A DNA stretch of 64,000 nt from an uncultured SAR116 cluster alpha proteobacterium (GTDB lineage Bacteria; Pseudomonadota; Alphaproteobacteria; Puniceispirillales; Marisalimonadaceae): assembly GCA_902524215.1 (NCBI GenBank), contig CABZCK010000003.1, forward strand, positions 22,247 to 86,246, read 5' to 3'. Made by a program: the position numbers and the translations under genes. The first letter of the stretch is position 1. Every line of letters begins with the position of its first letter. Below are positions 10,380 through 19,814 of this stretch, piece after piece. The notes under the pieces were generated by a model. The model ran no database searches, was not told the origin of the DNA, and saw nothing but the letters and a program-made list of their open reading frames with translations.

Positions 10380-10934
10380 TCAAACTGTTCTATTAATAAT
10401 GTTTTCTGCTTCAGACAAATTGTCTATCTCGAAAACTTTTTTGGCTGTTTCATATGAAAAACCTCTTCTTGCAAGAGCTCCAAACCATTTATTTTTTAAA
10501 TTACTGGCGTCTATTTTATTTAAATCTTTTTGATAAAATAGACCTATTTTTTTCTTTTTTGTATAAATTAAAGCGGATTGAATTTCGTCTAATTTGTTAG
10601 AAAAAAACTTATCTGTAATCTTTTCAATAACGTCGTGATCAATGCCTTTCTCATCTAATTTAAATTTAAGAAGCTTTTTTGAACCACCACTGTTAAAGAT
10701 TTTTTCACCTTTTATTTCAGAATATCTTAAATCATTAACATAATTTAACTTTTTCATTTTTTCTGTAATTAAATTAATAAATTCATTTTTTTTGTATGGA
10801 CTTAAATTTGGTTCGAAAACATCAATTTTTTTCTTTAAAAAAGATTTAAATTGAGCTTCTGTGGTTTCAAACTTCGATAAATATCTTAATCCATTTTTAT
10901 TAAGAAATTCTAAAATTTCATTTTCATCATTCAT
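10380..10934 (-). CDS. recX: RecX-like regulatory protein
   Basis: 184 aa, all-helical and repeat-like. The pattern YLSKFETTEAQ...YVNDLRYSE...L..KGID...LARRGFSYETAKKV fits RecX three-helix repeats. Confidence 0.6.
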   Translation of the reverse strand: MNDENEILEFLNKNGLRYLSKFETTEAQFKSFLKKKIDVFEPNLSPYKKNEFINLITEKMKKLNYVNDLRYSEIKGEKIFNSGGSKKLLKFKLDEKGIDHDVIEKITDKFFSNKLDEIQSALIYTKKKKIGLFYQKDLNKIDASNLKNKWFGALARRGFSYETAKKVFEIDNLSEAENIINRTV

Positions 10935-10985
10935 TTTAAATTTGATTTTTTTTATAAATTGTTTTTAAAAATAATACTAATAACT

Positions 10986-11795
10986 ATGAAAAATAAAAAC
11001 AAATACTTAAGTATAAGAAGAGACATAAATATTGTAAATTGGCTTGGTTTATATACTCTCTACTTAAAAGAAGTAAAACGTTTCACTAGCGTTTTTCTCC
11101 AAACTATAACAGCTCCAATGGTTACCACATTATTGTTTGTAGTTGTATTTTCTATTGCAATTGATAGATCTGCAGGCATTAAGGGTATTTCATATATTTC
11201 TTTTTTAATTCCTGGCCTCTTGATGATGAGTGTTTTACAAAATGCTTTTGCAAACACCTCATCTGCTTTTATGACTGCTAAGGTTACAGGATCGATTGTA
11301 GATTTATTATTAGCACCATTAGGCTCAGTAGAAATTTTTACTGCTCATAACTTAGCAGGAATTACAAGAGGTATTATAGTATTTCTTGCTTCATTTTTAT
11401 TACTATTCATACTTGGGATTACAAACTTACCAATAAATTATATTTGGACAGTTATTTTTCTAATATCTGGAGGATTTGCATTATCTTGTATAGGCATGAT
11501 TGCAGGTATTTGGGCTCAAAAGTTTGATCAATTAGCAATTGTTTCAAATTTTGTAGTACAACCTTTAGCTTTTTTATCTGGAACATTTTACTCTATAGAG
11601 AGACTACCTGAGTTTTTAAAACCAATAGCATATTCAAATCCTTTTTTTTATATAATAGATGGTTTTAGATATGGGTTTTTGGGTGTAAGTGATATATCAC
11701 CTTATATCTCATTGATAATATTATTAGGTTTCAATTTTATTTTAGGCTATTGTGCTTGGTACGTACTTAATAGTGGGTATAGATTAAAATCATAG
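10986..11795 (+). CDS. ABC-2 type transporter permease
   Basis: About 269 aa from the ATG at 10986 (the ORF track uses a TTG at 10959). It has six hydrophobic helices and an ABC-2/NodJ-like layout. No ATPase gene is adjacent. Confidence 0.75.
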   Translation: MKNKNKYLSIRRDINIVNWLGLYTLYLKEVKRFTSVFLQTITAPMVTTLLFVVVFSIAIDRSAGIKGISYISFLIPGLLMMSVLQNAFANTSSAFMTAKVTGSIVDLLLAPLGSVEIFTAHNLAGITRGIIVFLASFLLLFILGITNLPINYIWTVIFLISGGFALSCIGMIAGIWAQKFDQLAIVSNFVVQPLAFLSGTFYSIERLPEFLKPIAYSNPFFYIIDGFRYGFLGVSDISPYISLIILLGFNFILGYCAWYVLNSGYRLKS

Positions 11796-11813
11796 TTAAT
11801 TGTGGAATTATAA

Positions 11814-12950
11814 ATGGTGTTTTTAAATAATGAAAAAAATGGTGTTTTACCGTCTCAATACATTAAGGAGCTTATTGATAGAAATTTTATGTTTAGCAAT
11901 GAGAATATCAATGAAGACCTAATTCAACCAGCATCCATTGATCTGAGGTTAGGTTTTAAAGCATGGCGTGTTCCTGCATCATTTTTACCTGGCAAAAATA
12001 GTACGGTTGAAGAGAAGTTAAATCAAATAGCAATGCATGAATTTAGTTTATCAAATGGTGCAGTGTTAGAATGTGGTTGTGTATATATTGTAAAATTATT
12101 AGAGGGTCTGAATTTACCAAAAAATATTTCCGGTATGGCTAACCCAAAAAGCTCAACAGGAAGATTAGATGTTTTTACACGTTTAATTGTTGATAGAACA
12201 CAGCAATTTGAAAATGTTCCAAAAGGTTATAAAGGTTCTCTATATTTGGAAATTTCTCCAAGAACTTTTTCAGTAGTTGTAAGAACTGGTACTCGATTGA
12301 ATCAATTGAGGTTTTCTATTGGTGACACAAGTTTGACAGACAAACAAATGGCTGAACTTCAATATAAACATGATTTGATAAAAAATAATGAATCATCTGA
12401 ACTATCAGATAAATTAGAAAATGGATTACCTTTATCAGTTGATTTAAAGGGTGTTGATGGTGTTGTGGGATATAAAGCAAAAAAACATTCGAAATTAATT
12501 GATTGTGATAAAGTTAAAAATTATAAGATCTCCTCTTTTTGGGAGAAGATAACGATTGATGATTTAATAATTTCTGAAGAAAATCAAAATAGATCTTTAG
12601 TTTTAAGTCCAGATGCTTTTTATATATTGTGTAGCAAGGAATCAGTTTCAGTTCCAAAAAATCTAGCTGCTGAAATGCGACCTTACGATACTAACATTGG
12701 AGAATTCAGAGCACATTATGCAGGATTTTTTGATCCTGGATTTGGGGCTCCAGAATTAAATGCTAATAATACCAAAGCAGTACTCGAAGTAAGATCTCAT
12801 GATGTGCCGTTTATAATTGAAGATGGACAAACTATTTGTCGATTAATTTATGAACCCATGTCAAACATCCCGGATAAATTATATGGTGAGATAAAAGGCA
12901 AAAATAATTATCAATCTCAAGGTTTAAAATTATCTAAACATTTTGTATAA
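11814..12950 (+). CDS. dcd: 2'-deoxycytidine 5'-triphosphate deaminase (long alphaproteobacterial form)
   Basis: 378 aa. PASIDLRLG, KSSTGRLDVFTR and a second dUTPase-like half match the long DCD family. Confidence 0.75.
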   Translation: MVFLNNEKNGVLPSQYIKELIDRNFMFSNENINEDLIQPASIDLRLGFKAWRVPASFLPGKNSTVEEKLNQIAMHEFSLSNGAVLECGCVYIVKLLEGLNLPKNISGMANPKSSTGRLDVFTRLIVDRTQQFENVPKGYKGSLYLEISPRTFSVVVRTGTRLNQLRFSIGDTSLTDKQMAELQYKHDLIKNNESSELSDKLENGLPLSVDLKGVDGVVGYKAKKHSKLIDCDKVKNYKISSFWEKITIDDLIISEENQNRSLVLSPDAFYILCSKESVSVPKNLAAEMRPYDTNIGEFRAHYAGFFDPGFGAPELNANNTKAVLEVRSHDVPFIIEDGQTICRLIYEPMSNIPDKLYGEIKGKNNYQSQGLKLSKHFV

Positions 12951-12990
12951 ATTAGATTAATATAATTATTTTTTAATTAAGGATTTTAAA

Positions 12991-14205
12991 ATGGCTTTAA
13001 GCCCAGACATAATGAAAACATATGGTCGAATTGATATTGCATTTACACATGGTAAAGGAAGTTTTCTATTTTCTGAAGATGGAAGTAAATATCTAGATTA
13101 TGCAACCGGCATTGCTGTAAATGCATTTGGGCATTCTCACCCAGATTTAATAAATGCATTGCAAGACCAAGCTTCTAAATTATGGCATGTATCAAACCTT
13201 TATAAAATCCCTGAACAAGATAAAGTTGCGAATTTACTGGTAAAATATTCATGTGTGGACCAAGCTTTTTTTTGTAATTCTGGTGCTGAAGCTACCGAGG
13301 GTGCTGTTAAAGTAGCAAGAAGATATGCGTGGTCTAAAAAGGATATTGAAAGAGATGAGATATTATGTGTTACAGGAGCATTCCACGGCAGAACATTAGC
13401 TATGCTTGCGGCTAATGATAGACCTCTATTTCGAGAAGGTTTTGGTCCTAAAGTTCCAGGATTTAGTCATGCTGAGTGGGGGAATATTGAAGATTTACAA
13501 AAGAAGTTAAATAATAAAGTAGCCGCTGTATTGATCGAGCCTGTTCAAGGTGAAGGTGGTGCTAGAAAAGCACCAATTAATTATTTAAAAGAAGTTGAGG
13601 AATTAACAAAAAAAAATGGGTCTTTACTGATATCTGATGAAGTCCAAATTGGTATGGGTCGTTCTGGAAAGTTATTTGCTTATCAAAATGAGAATATTGA
13701 ACCTGATATAATTGCACTTGCAAAAGGATTAGGAGGAGGCTTCCCAGTTGGAGCAGTTCTTGCAAAATCTGAAGTTGGTGATGCAATGGTTCCTGGAACT
13801 CATGGAAGTACTTTTGGTGGTAACCCTTTAGCAATGAGAGCTGCAGAGGTAGTAATTAATTTAATCACTGAAGATGGATTTTTAGAAACTCTTAATGAGA
13901 AAATTAAATATTTGGATAATAAAATAATTTCTCTCATTAAAGATGAAAGAAATAATTTAGACTCACTTAATGAACCTATATTTGTAAAAGCGAAGGGGTA
14001 TGGTTTTTTACGTGGGATAGAATTATCTAAAAATGTTTCTGTTGCTGATTTTTCTACAGAAGCACGAAAAAAAGGTCTTTTGTTGGTTGGTGCAGCAGAA
14101 AATACTATTAGAATTTTACCACCGCTCAATACATCATTTGAAGAGATTAATTTAGCTTTTTTAAAATTGAAAGAAATATCTCAAGAGTTTCATAAAAAAA
14201 AATGA
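12991..14205 (+). CDS. argD: acetylornithine aminotransferase (class III PLP aminotransferase)
   Basis: 404 aa with GHSHP, SGAEATEGA, DEVQIGMGRSGKLFA and GSTFGGNPLA motifs. It is followed by argF with an ATGA overlap. Confidence 0.9.
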   Translation: MALSPDIMKTYGRIDIAFTHGKGSFLFSEDGSKYLDYATGIAVNAFGHSHPDLINALQDQASKLWHVSNLYKIPEQDKVANLLVKYSCVDQAFFCNSGAEATEGAVKVARRYAWSKKDIERDEILCVTGAFHGRTLAMLAANDRPLFREGFGPKVPGFSHAEWGNIEDLQKKLNNKVAAVLIEPVQGEGGARKAPINYLKEVEELTKKNGSLLISDEVQIGMGRSGKLFAYQNENIEPDIIALAKGLGGGFPVGAVLAKSEVGDAMVPGTHGSTFGGNPLAMRAAEVVINLITEDGFLETLNEKIKYLDNKIISLIKDERNNLDSLNEPIFVKAKGYGFLRGIELSKNVSVADFSTEARKKGLLLVGAAENTIRILPPLNTSFEEINLAFLKLKEISQEFHKKK

Positions 14206-15098
14206 CTAGTTTTTTTGATATAAAAGATCTCTCTAAAAAAGATTTAGAAAGAATTATTGATGATTCAATCGATATTAAAAAAAATGGGTGTGACAAGATA
14301 CTTAAAAATAAAAATGTTTTAATGATTTTTGAAAAACCATCTCTTAGAACAAGAATTTCGTTTGAAGTTTGTATTAATGATCTAGGGGGAAACTCTCTAA
14401 TTTTAAATTCAAATGAGTTTAAATTTGGGGAAAGAGAGAGTATTTATGATAGTACTAAAGTTCTTGATAGATATGTAGATTTAATGATTATTAGATCCTT
14501 TGAACATTCAATTTTGAAAGAAGTTGCGCGTAATTTTTCAAAACCAATTATAAATGCTTTAACAGATCATAGTCATCCTTGCCAGGTTATTGCAGATTTA
14601 GTCACTTTCAAAGAGAAGTTTGGAGATTTTAAAAATAAAAAAGTATCTTGGTTTGGAGATTATAACAATGTAACTCAAAGTTGGGTAGAAGCGGCTGCAC
14701 TTTTAGATATAAATTTTTTTATTGCTTGCCCAAAAGAAGTTTCTGTCTCAAAAAAAACAATTAAATGTTTAGAAAAGCAAAACAAACATTTGATTATTTC
14801 AGATAACATGAATGATGTTGCTAAAAATTCTGATTGTATAATGACTGATACGTGGATATCCATGGGAGATAAAAAAGATAAATCCGTGGGTCATTTTAAA
14901 CCATTTCAAGTCAATTCAAATATAATGGCATTAGCTAAAAAAGATGTAATTTTTATGCATTGTCTTCCTGCATATAGAGGAATGGAAGTTACAGATGAAG
15001 TTATTGATTCAAAAATGTCAGTCGTTTTTGATCAGGCTGAAAATAGAGTTCATGCACAAAAATCTATAATAAAATACTGTTGTAGAGATAATTATTAA
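14202..15098 (+). CDS. argF: ornithine carbamoyltransferase
   Basis: 298 aa. The SLRTR carbamoyl-phosphate motif, HPCQ and HCLP motifs are present. Confidence 0.9.
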   Translation: MTSFFDIKDLSKKDLERIIDDSIDIKKNGCDKILKNKNVLMIFEKPSLRTRISFEVCINDLGGNSLILNSNEFKFGERESIYDSTKVLDRYVDLMIIRSFEHSILKEVARNFSKPIINALTDHSHPCQVIADLVTFKEKFGDFKNKKVSWFGDYNNVTQSWVEAAALLDINFFIACPKEVSVSKKTIKCLEKQNKHLIISDNMNDVAKNSDCIMTDTWISMGDKKDKSVGHFKPFQVNSNIMALAKKDVIFMHCLPAYRGMEVTDEVIDSKMSVVFDQAENRVHAQKSIIKYCCRDNY

Positions 15099-15109
15099 AA
15101 AGTTTCATT

Positions 15110-15988
15110 GTGGTTTTCGAAAATTTAGTTATTCCTTTTCAGATTAATAATAAAATCAATGGGACTATTGTAAGATTAAGTTCTGTAGCATCTCAAATTA
15201 TTCATAATGAATATCCTAAAAACATAAATTCAATTTTTGCCGATTCTATTTCTATTACTGCTTCAATTGGATCGAGAATGAAAAATGATGGTGTTTTTAG
15301 TTTTCAGGCTCATAGTGAAGGGGCAATTAAAACAATTTTTGTTGACTTGAATAATAATTCATCAGTTAGGGGTTATATATCAGTTAATAATTTTGAAAAT
15401 ATTGAAAATCTTCCTTTTAAAAAACTATTATCAAATGGAACTTTGGCTTTAAATATAAAAGAAGGCAAGTTTTCTAAAAATTACCAAGGTTTAGTTGAAA
15501 TTAAAGGTAAATCTATAAAAGACGCTATTGAAACCTATTTTAATTCATCTGAGCAAGTTAAATCATTGTTTAAAATATTTAATATTTATAATCTTCCAAA
15601 ATATGAACCCGAGAGTTATCATATAGCTGGTGCAATAAAATTAGAGTTAATGCCTGAGATTAATGACTTTAACAATACTGAAAAATCAAATGAAGACTGG
15701 AAAACTATATTAATGTTTTTGGAAACTATGAATTCTGAAGAATTTTTAAATATAAACAAAACATCAAAACAAATTTTGTTAAATTTATTTGGACAGTACG
15801 AAATAAAAATTTTCGATGAAATAAATCTTAATAACAATTGTCAATGTTCAAACGATAGAGTTTTAAATACATTTAAGTCTATGGATAAAGAAGAATTAAC
15901 GTATTTGTTTAATGAAAAAAAATCAATTGAAGTTGTTTGTGAATTTTGTAAGAAAAAAAGAGTTTATAGTGAACAAGATTTGAAATAG
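15110..15988 (+). CDS. hslO: Hsp33 redox-regulated chaperone
   Basis: 292 aa with a GTG start. The C-terminal zinc centre CQCS...CEFCKKK is typical of Hsp33, and argD-argF-hslO synteny is common in Alphaproteobacteria. Confidence 0.85.
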   Translation: MVFENLVIPFQINNKINGTIVRLSSVASQIIHNEYPKNINSIFADSISITASIGSRMKNDGVFSFQAHSEGAIKTIFVDLNNNSSVRGYISVNNFENIENLPFKKLLSNGTLALNIKEGKFSKNYQGLVEIKGKSIKDAIETYFNSSEQVKSLFKIFNIYNLPKYEPESYHIAGAIKLELMPEINDFNNTEKSNEDWKTILMFLETMNSEEFLNINKTSKQILLNLFGQYEIKIFDEINLNNNCQCSNDRVLNTFKSMDKEELTYLFNEKKSIEVVCEFCKKKRVYSEQDLK

Positions 15989-17434
15989 CTATTTTTTCCA
16001 AAATGATGCTGTAAACATAACTAAAATTGCGAATATTTCTAATCTTCCTAATATCATTCCCAAACAAAGAATTAATTTTCCTAAATTAGGTATTTCAGCA
16101 TAAGTTCCGTTTGGTCCTATCATTTCACCCAATCCAGGACCAACATTTCCTATAGCAGATGCTGCGCCAGATAAAGAAGTCATAAAATCTAATCCTAAAC
16201 TTCCTAGAAGACATGAGATTATAATAAAAACAAGTATATACAAAAAGAAAAACCCCATAACAGATTCAGTTACAGATTCTGGAATTGGTTTTTTATTATA
16301 ATAAGGAATAATTACAGCATGAGGTGTTAAAAGTTTTAATACTTGTGTTTTTGCATTAGCAATTAAAACTAGAACTCTTGCCATTCTTAAACCACAAGTT
16401 GTTGAACCAGCACATCCCCCAATAAACATCAATATTAAAAGCAAAGTTGTTGCAAAACCTCCCCATTGGCTAAAATCATCGGTGCCAAAACCAGTACCAG
16501 TTACAATAGAAACTACGTTGAAAATAGAAACTCTTAGTGATGAAAAAAAATTCTGTCCATTTATATAAAGATTAAATGTAACGATTGAAATCAAAAAAAA
16601 TAAAATTAACAAAAACCATTTTACTTGTTGATCATTAATTAAATTTTTCCAACCATTTTTTAAAATTGATAAATAATGAATAAAAGGTAATGAACCAACT
16701 ATCATACCAAATACAATAATCATTTCAATATTTAATGAGTTGAATGCACCTAGGGATTGTGATTTTGTTGAGTATCCACCAGTAGCAAGAGTTGTCATTG
16801 AATGTGTTATAGAATCAAAAATTGGCATTCCTGCAAGCCATAGCATACAAGCCCATAAAGATGTTAAGATGATGTAAACAATACTTATGCCGCTAGCAAA
16901 AATAGCAGCCCTAGGGATAATTTTATCTGGTGTTTCGTAAGATTCAGTTTTGAAGAGTTGCATGCCACCGATAGATAACATCGGTAAAATTGCAATAGCC
17001 ATTACAATTATACCAATTCCACCTAGCCATTGAAGAAGGGCTCTCCATAGAAGTATTCCATAAGAAACTTGTTCAAGATTTGGTATAATAGTAGATCCTG
17101 TTGTGGTCACTCCAGATGTTGATTCAAAAAATGCATCAATAAAATTTAAACTTAAATTTGAAAATAAAAAGGGTAATGAACCAAAAAGTGAGATAGAAAT
17201 CCAAGCACTATTTGTTAATAGAAAAGCTTGTCTTAATTCAAGGTGTTCAGGATTATTTTCCCTTGAAGACAGATATAGGCCTGCCCCAACAAATAAGGTT
17301 ATAAATGATGACACTAAAAATGCCGCCCAATCGTCGTCACCAAGAATATAATCAACAAATCCAGGTATTAGCATGAATACTGATAAAGTGCAGAGTAACA
17401 AGCCTATTAAATTAATGACAGGTTGAAATTTCAT
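15989..17434 (-). CDS. trkH: TrkH-family potassium uptake protein
   Basis: 481 aa, polytopic, with repeated selectivity-filter-like segments (TTTGST, ATGGYS, TGTGFG, CGLRM). Confidence 0.9.
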   Translation of the reverse strand: MKFQPVINLIGLLLCTLSVFMLIPGFVDYILGDDDWAAFLVSSFITLFVGAGLYLSSRENNPEHLELRQAFLLTNSAWISISLFGSLPFLFSNLSLNFIDAFFESTSGVTTTGSTIIPNLEQVSYGILLWRALLQWLGGIGIIVMAIAILPMLSIGGMQLFKTESYETPDKIIPRAAIFASGISIVYIILTSLWACMLWLAGMPIFDSITHSMTTLATGGYSTKSQSLGAFNSLNIEMIIVFGMIVGSLPFIHYLSILKNGWKNLINDQQVKWFLLILFFLISIVTFNLYINGQNFFSSLRVSIFNVVSIVTGTGFGTDDFSQWGGFATTLLLILMFIGGCAGSTTCGLRMARVLVLIANAKTQVLKLLTPHAVIIPYYNKKPIPESVTESVMGFFFLYILVFIIISCLLGSLGLDFMTSLSGAASAIGNVGPGLGEMIGPNGTYAEIPNLGKLILCLGMILGRLEIFAILVMFTASFWKK

Positions 17435-17448
17435 AATTAATTATAGGT

Positions 17449-18066
17449 TTAATCTTTTATAAAGTCTAAAAATCTATTTCTTAACTTTTCATCAGTTAAA
17501 AATGACCCTTTAAACTGTGAAGTTATCATCAAAGAATTTTTTTTATGAACACCTCTTGTCTTCATACAATGATGGTCAGCTTCTATGACTACGCCAACTC
17601 CAATTGGATTTAAATTATCATTGATTGCATTAACTATTTGAGATGTCATTATTTCTTGTGTTTGAAGACGTTTTGCAAATGTATTAACTATTCTTGCTAA
17701 TTTTGATATTCCAACAATACTCTTATTAGGTAAATATCCAATACTTGCATTGCCAATAATTGGAAGCATATGGTGTTCACAATGACTTTCAAAATCTATT
17801 TTCTTTAAAACAACTATATCATCATAACCTTGAATTTCTTTAAATGTTTTAGAAAGGATTTCAGATGGATTTTCTCTATAACCAGAAAAGTGTTCTCTAA
17901 AAGCTTTAATAACTCTTTTAGGTGTTTCCACAAGACCTTCCCTCTTAGGATCATCTCCAATCCATGTTAAAAGTGTTTCAACTGCTTTTTCAGCCTCCTC
18001 AATTGTAACTTCTTTTTTTGTATCATTACCTTTAAAAGCTTTAGTAACAGACGAAAATGAAGACAT
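17449..18066 (-). CDS. folE: GTP cyclohydrolase I
   Basis: 205 aa. CEHHMLP and HHCM zinc and active-site motifs are present. Confidence 0.95.
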   Translation of the reverse strand: MSSFSSVTKAFKGNDTKKEVTIEEAEKAVETLLTWIGDDPKREGLVETPKRVIKAFREHFSGYRENPSEILSKTFKEIQGYDDIVVLKKIDFESHCEHHMLPIIGNASIGYLPNKSIVGISKLARIVNTFAKRLQTQEIMTSQIVNAINDNLNPIGVGVVIEADHHCMKTRGVHKKNSLMITSQFKGSFLTDEKLRNRFLDFIKD

Positions 18067-18149
18067 AATTATTAATCCTTTTAGTTTAATTTAATAGAAA
18101 AGTATCATACTTACATTCCAAAACAACTGAATTATTTTAAATTTATTTT

Positions 18150-18785
18150 TTAAGTAAATTTTGAAATGTTTAGTTCCATAAAATTGTTTAAATTTTTTAT
18201 TAATCTATGTGATACAATAATACAAGGAATGTTGAGTTCTTTAATGTAATCAAATAAAAATTTCTGAAATGATTTTATAGTTGTTTTATCTAATGACGAA
18301 AAAGGTTCATCTAATAACAATGCTTCAGGATTAGAAAGAATAGCTCTTAGACAAGCTATCCTTGCTTTTTGACCTCCCGAAAGTTCAGATGGATAATAAT
18401 TTGCAAATTTAACCATATCAATTTTTTTCAAAAAATGAAGTGCGTGTTCTTTTTTATTTTTTGTCTCTTTTGGCAAAGAAAAAATTAAATTATTTTTAAC
18501 ATTAAAATGAGGAAATAAAAAATAATCTTGTAACATGTACCCAATTTTTTTGTTTTGAATTGAAGCATTAGTTATATCAAGTTTGTTAAGGTATATTTTT
18601 CCGGTCCAAATCAAATTGTTGTCATGAAATCCCGAAATTAAATCTAACAATGTAGATTTCCCAAGGCCACTTTTACCAGAAACAAAAAGTATTTCACCTT
18701 TTTTAACTTTAAAACTTAAGTTTTTAACAAGTGGTTTTTTTTCTTTTTTATCAAAACTAAATGTAATATCTTTAACTTCTAACAT
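18150..18785 (-). CDS. ABC transporter ATP-binding protein (no adjacent permease)
   Basis: 211 aa with Walker A GKSGLGKST, signature LSGGQKARI and Walker B LLLDEPFSSLD. Confidence 0.85.
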   Translation of the reverse strand: MLEVKDITFSFDKKEKKPLVKNLSFKVKKGEILFVSGKSGLGKSTLLDLISGFHDNNLIWTGKIYLNKLDITNASIQNKKIGYMLQDYFLFPHFNVKNNLIFSLPKETKNKKEHALHFLKKIDMVKFANYYPSELSGGQKARIACLRAILSNPEALLLDEPFSSLDKTTIKSFQKFLFDYIKELNIPCIIVSHRLIKNLNNFMELNISKFT

Positions 18786-18808
18786 TTCAGAACAAACAAA
18801 CTTTCAGT

Positions 18809-19387
18809 ATGATATTTAATATATTTAAAAATAATAAACTTAAATTAAGAAAAAATAAAAAAAAACATATTTCAACAAACAAATTTGATCAATATAAATC
18901 TGAGTTTAAAAGTTTTTATAATAAGGCAAATTTAGAACTTCAAAAATTTAAGTTAAATGATTGGAAAATAACTTTTGATTATGCCAAGAGAAGAGCTGGT
19001 GCATGTATTTATTCAAAAAAAAAACTTTCGTTTTCAATTTATTTTTTAAGAAATTCATCTGCTTTTGACTTGAATGATACCCTGTTACATGAAATAGCTC
19101 ATGCTCTTGTAGGACCAAATCAAGGGCATAATCACATTTGGAAAAAAAAAGCTTTATCAATAGGTTGTAGTGCTCAAGTATACCATTCATTATATTTTTC
19201 TAAACCAGGATGGATTAAATATTGTTCAAATTCATGTTGGGAACAAACATGCTATAGAAAGAGACAAAATCTTATTTGTAAAATTTGCAGATCTGAAGTT
19301 TTATATAAAAGAAATTACGTTTCTTCTAATTCAACTAATGTTCCTGATAAATCACTAGGGTCAAGGAAAATAACAGGTTTATTGTGA
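18809..19387 (+). CDS. SprT-like zinc metalloprotease-domain protein
   Basis: 192 aa with a HEIAHAL zincin motif followed by a Cys-rich ribbon (CWEQTC...CKIC). The last 24 codons overlap the convergent epimerase gene. Confidence 0.65.
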   Translation: MIFNIFKNNKLKLRKNKKKHISTNKFDQYKSEFKSFYNKANLELQKFKLNDWKITFDYAKRRAGACIYSKKKLSFSIYFLRNSSAFDLNDTLLHEIAHALVGPNQGHNHIWKKKALSIGCSAQVYHSLYFSKPGWIKYCSNSCWEQTCYRKRQNLICKICRSEVLYKRNYVSSNSTNVPDKSLGSRKITGLL

Positions 19388-19728
19388 GCGCCAATTTTAG
19401 GGTTTCCGTCACCTAAAATATTTATCTTTTTATTTTTTAATGAATTTATAGTTTCGGAAATCTTTTCTACCTCGAAACAAATATGATGCATTCCGCCTTT
19501 TGGATTTTTTTCTAAAAACTTTGAGATTGGGCTTTCATTATTTAGAGGTTCTAGTAATTCTATTTTTAAATTAGAAAACTCTAAAAAAACGACTTTTACA
19601 CCGTGTTTCTCTAAAACTATTATTTCACTCTTTTTTATGTTTAGTGCTTGTTGCCATGTTATTGCAGCTTTTTTTACATCAGGCACTGCAATTGCAATAT
19701 GGTTGACTTTTTTATTTTTGTTTTCCAT
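19315..19728 (-). CDS. mce: methylmalonyl-CoA epimerase (glyoxalase/VOC fold)
   Basis: 137 aa. [38 protein letters not shown] and [12 protein letters not shown] match the epimerase family. It is divergent from the pccB operon. Confidence 0.9.
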   Translation of the reverse strand: MENKNKKVNHIAIAVPDVKKAAITWQQALNIKKSEIIVLEKHGVKVVFLEFSNLKIELLEPLNNESPISKFLEKNPKGGMHHICFEVEKISETINSLKNKKINILGDGNPKIGAHNKPVIFLDPSDLSGTLVELEET

Positions 19729-19814
19729 TTAATTCTTCCATTACTAATTGTAATACTTTATTTTTAATATATTTTTATAACTACCATAACTTTATTTTAT
19801 TAAAGGAAAAAAAA

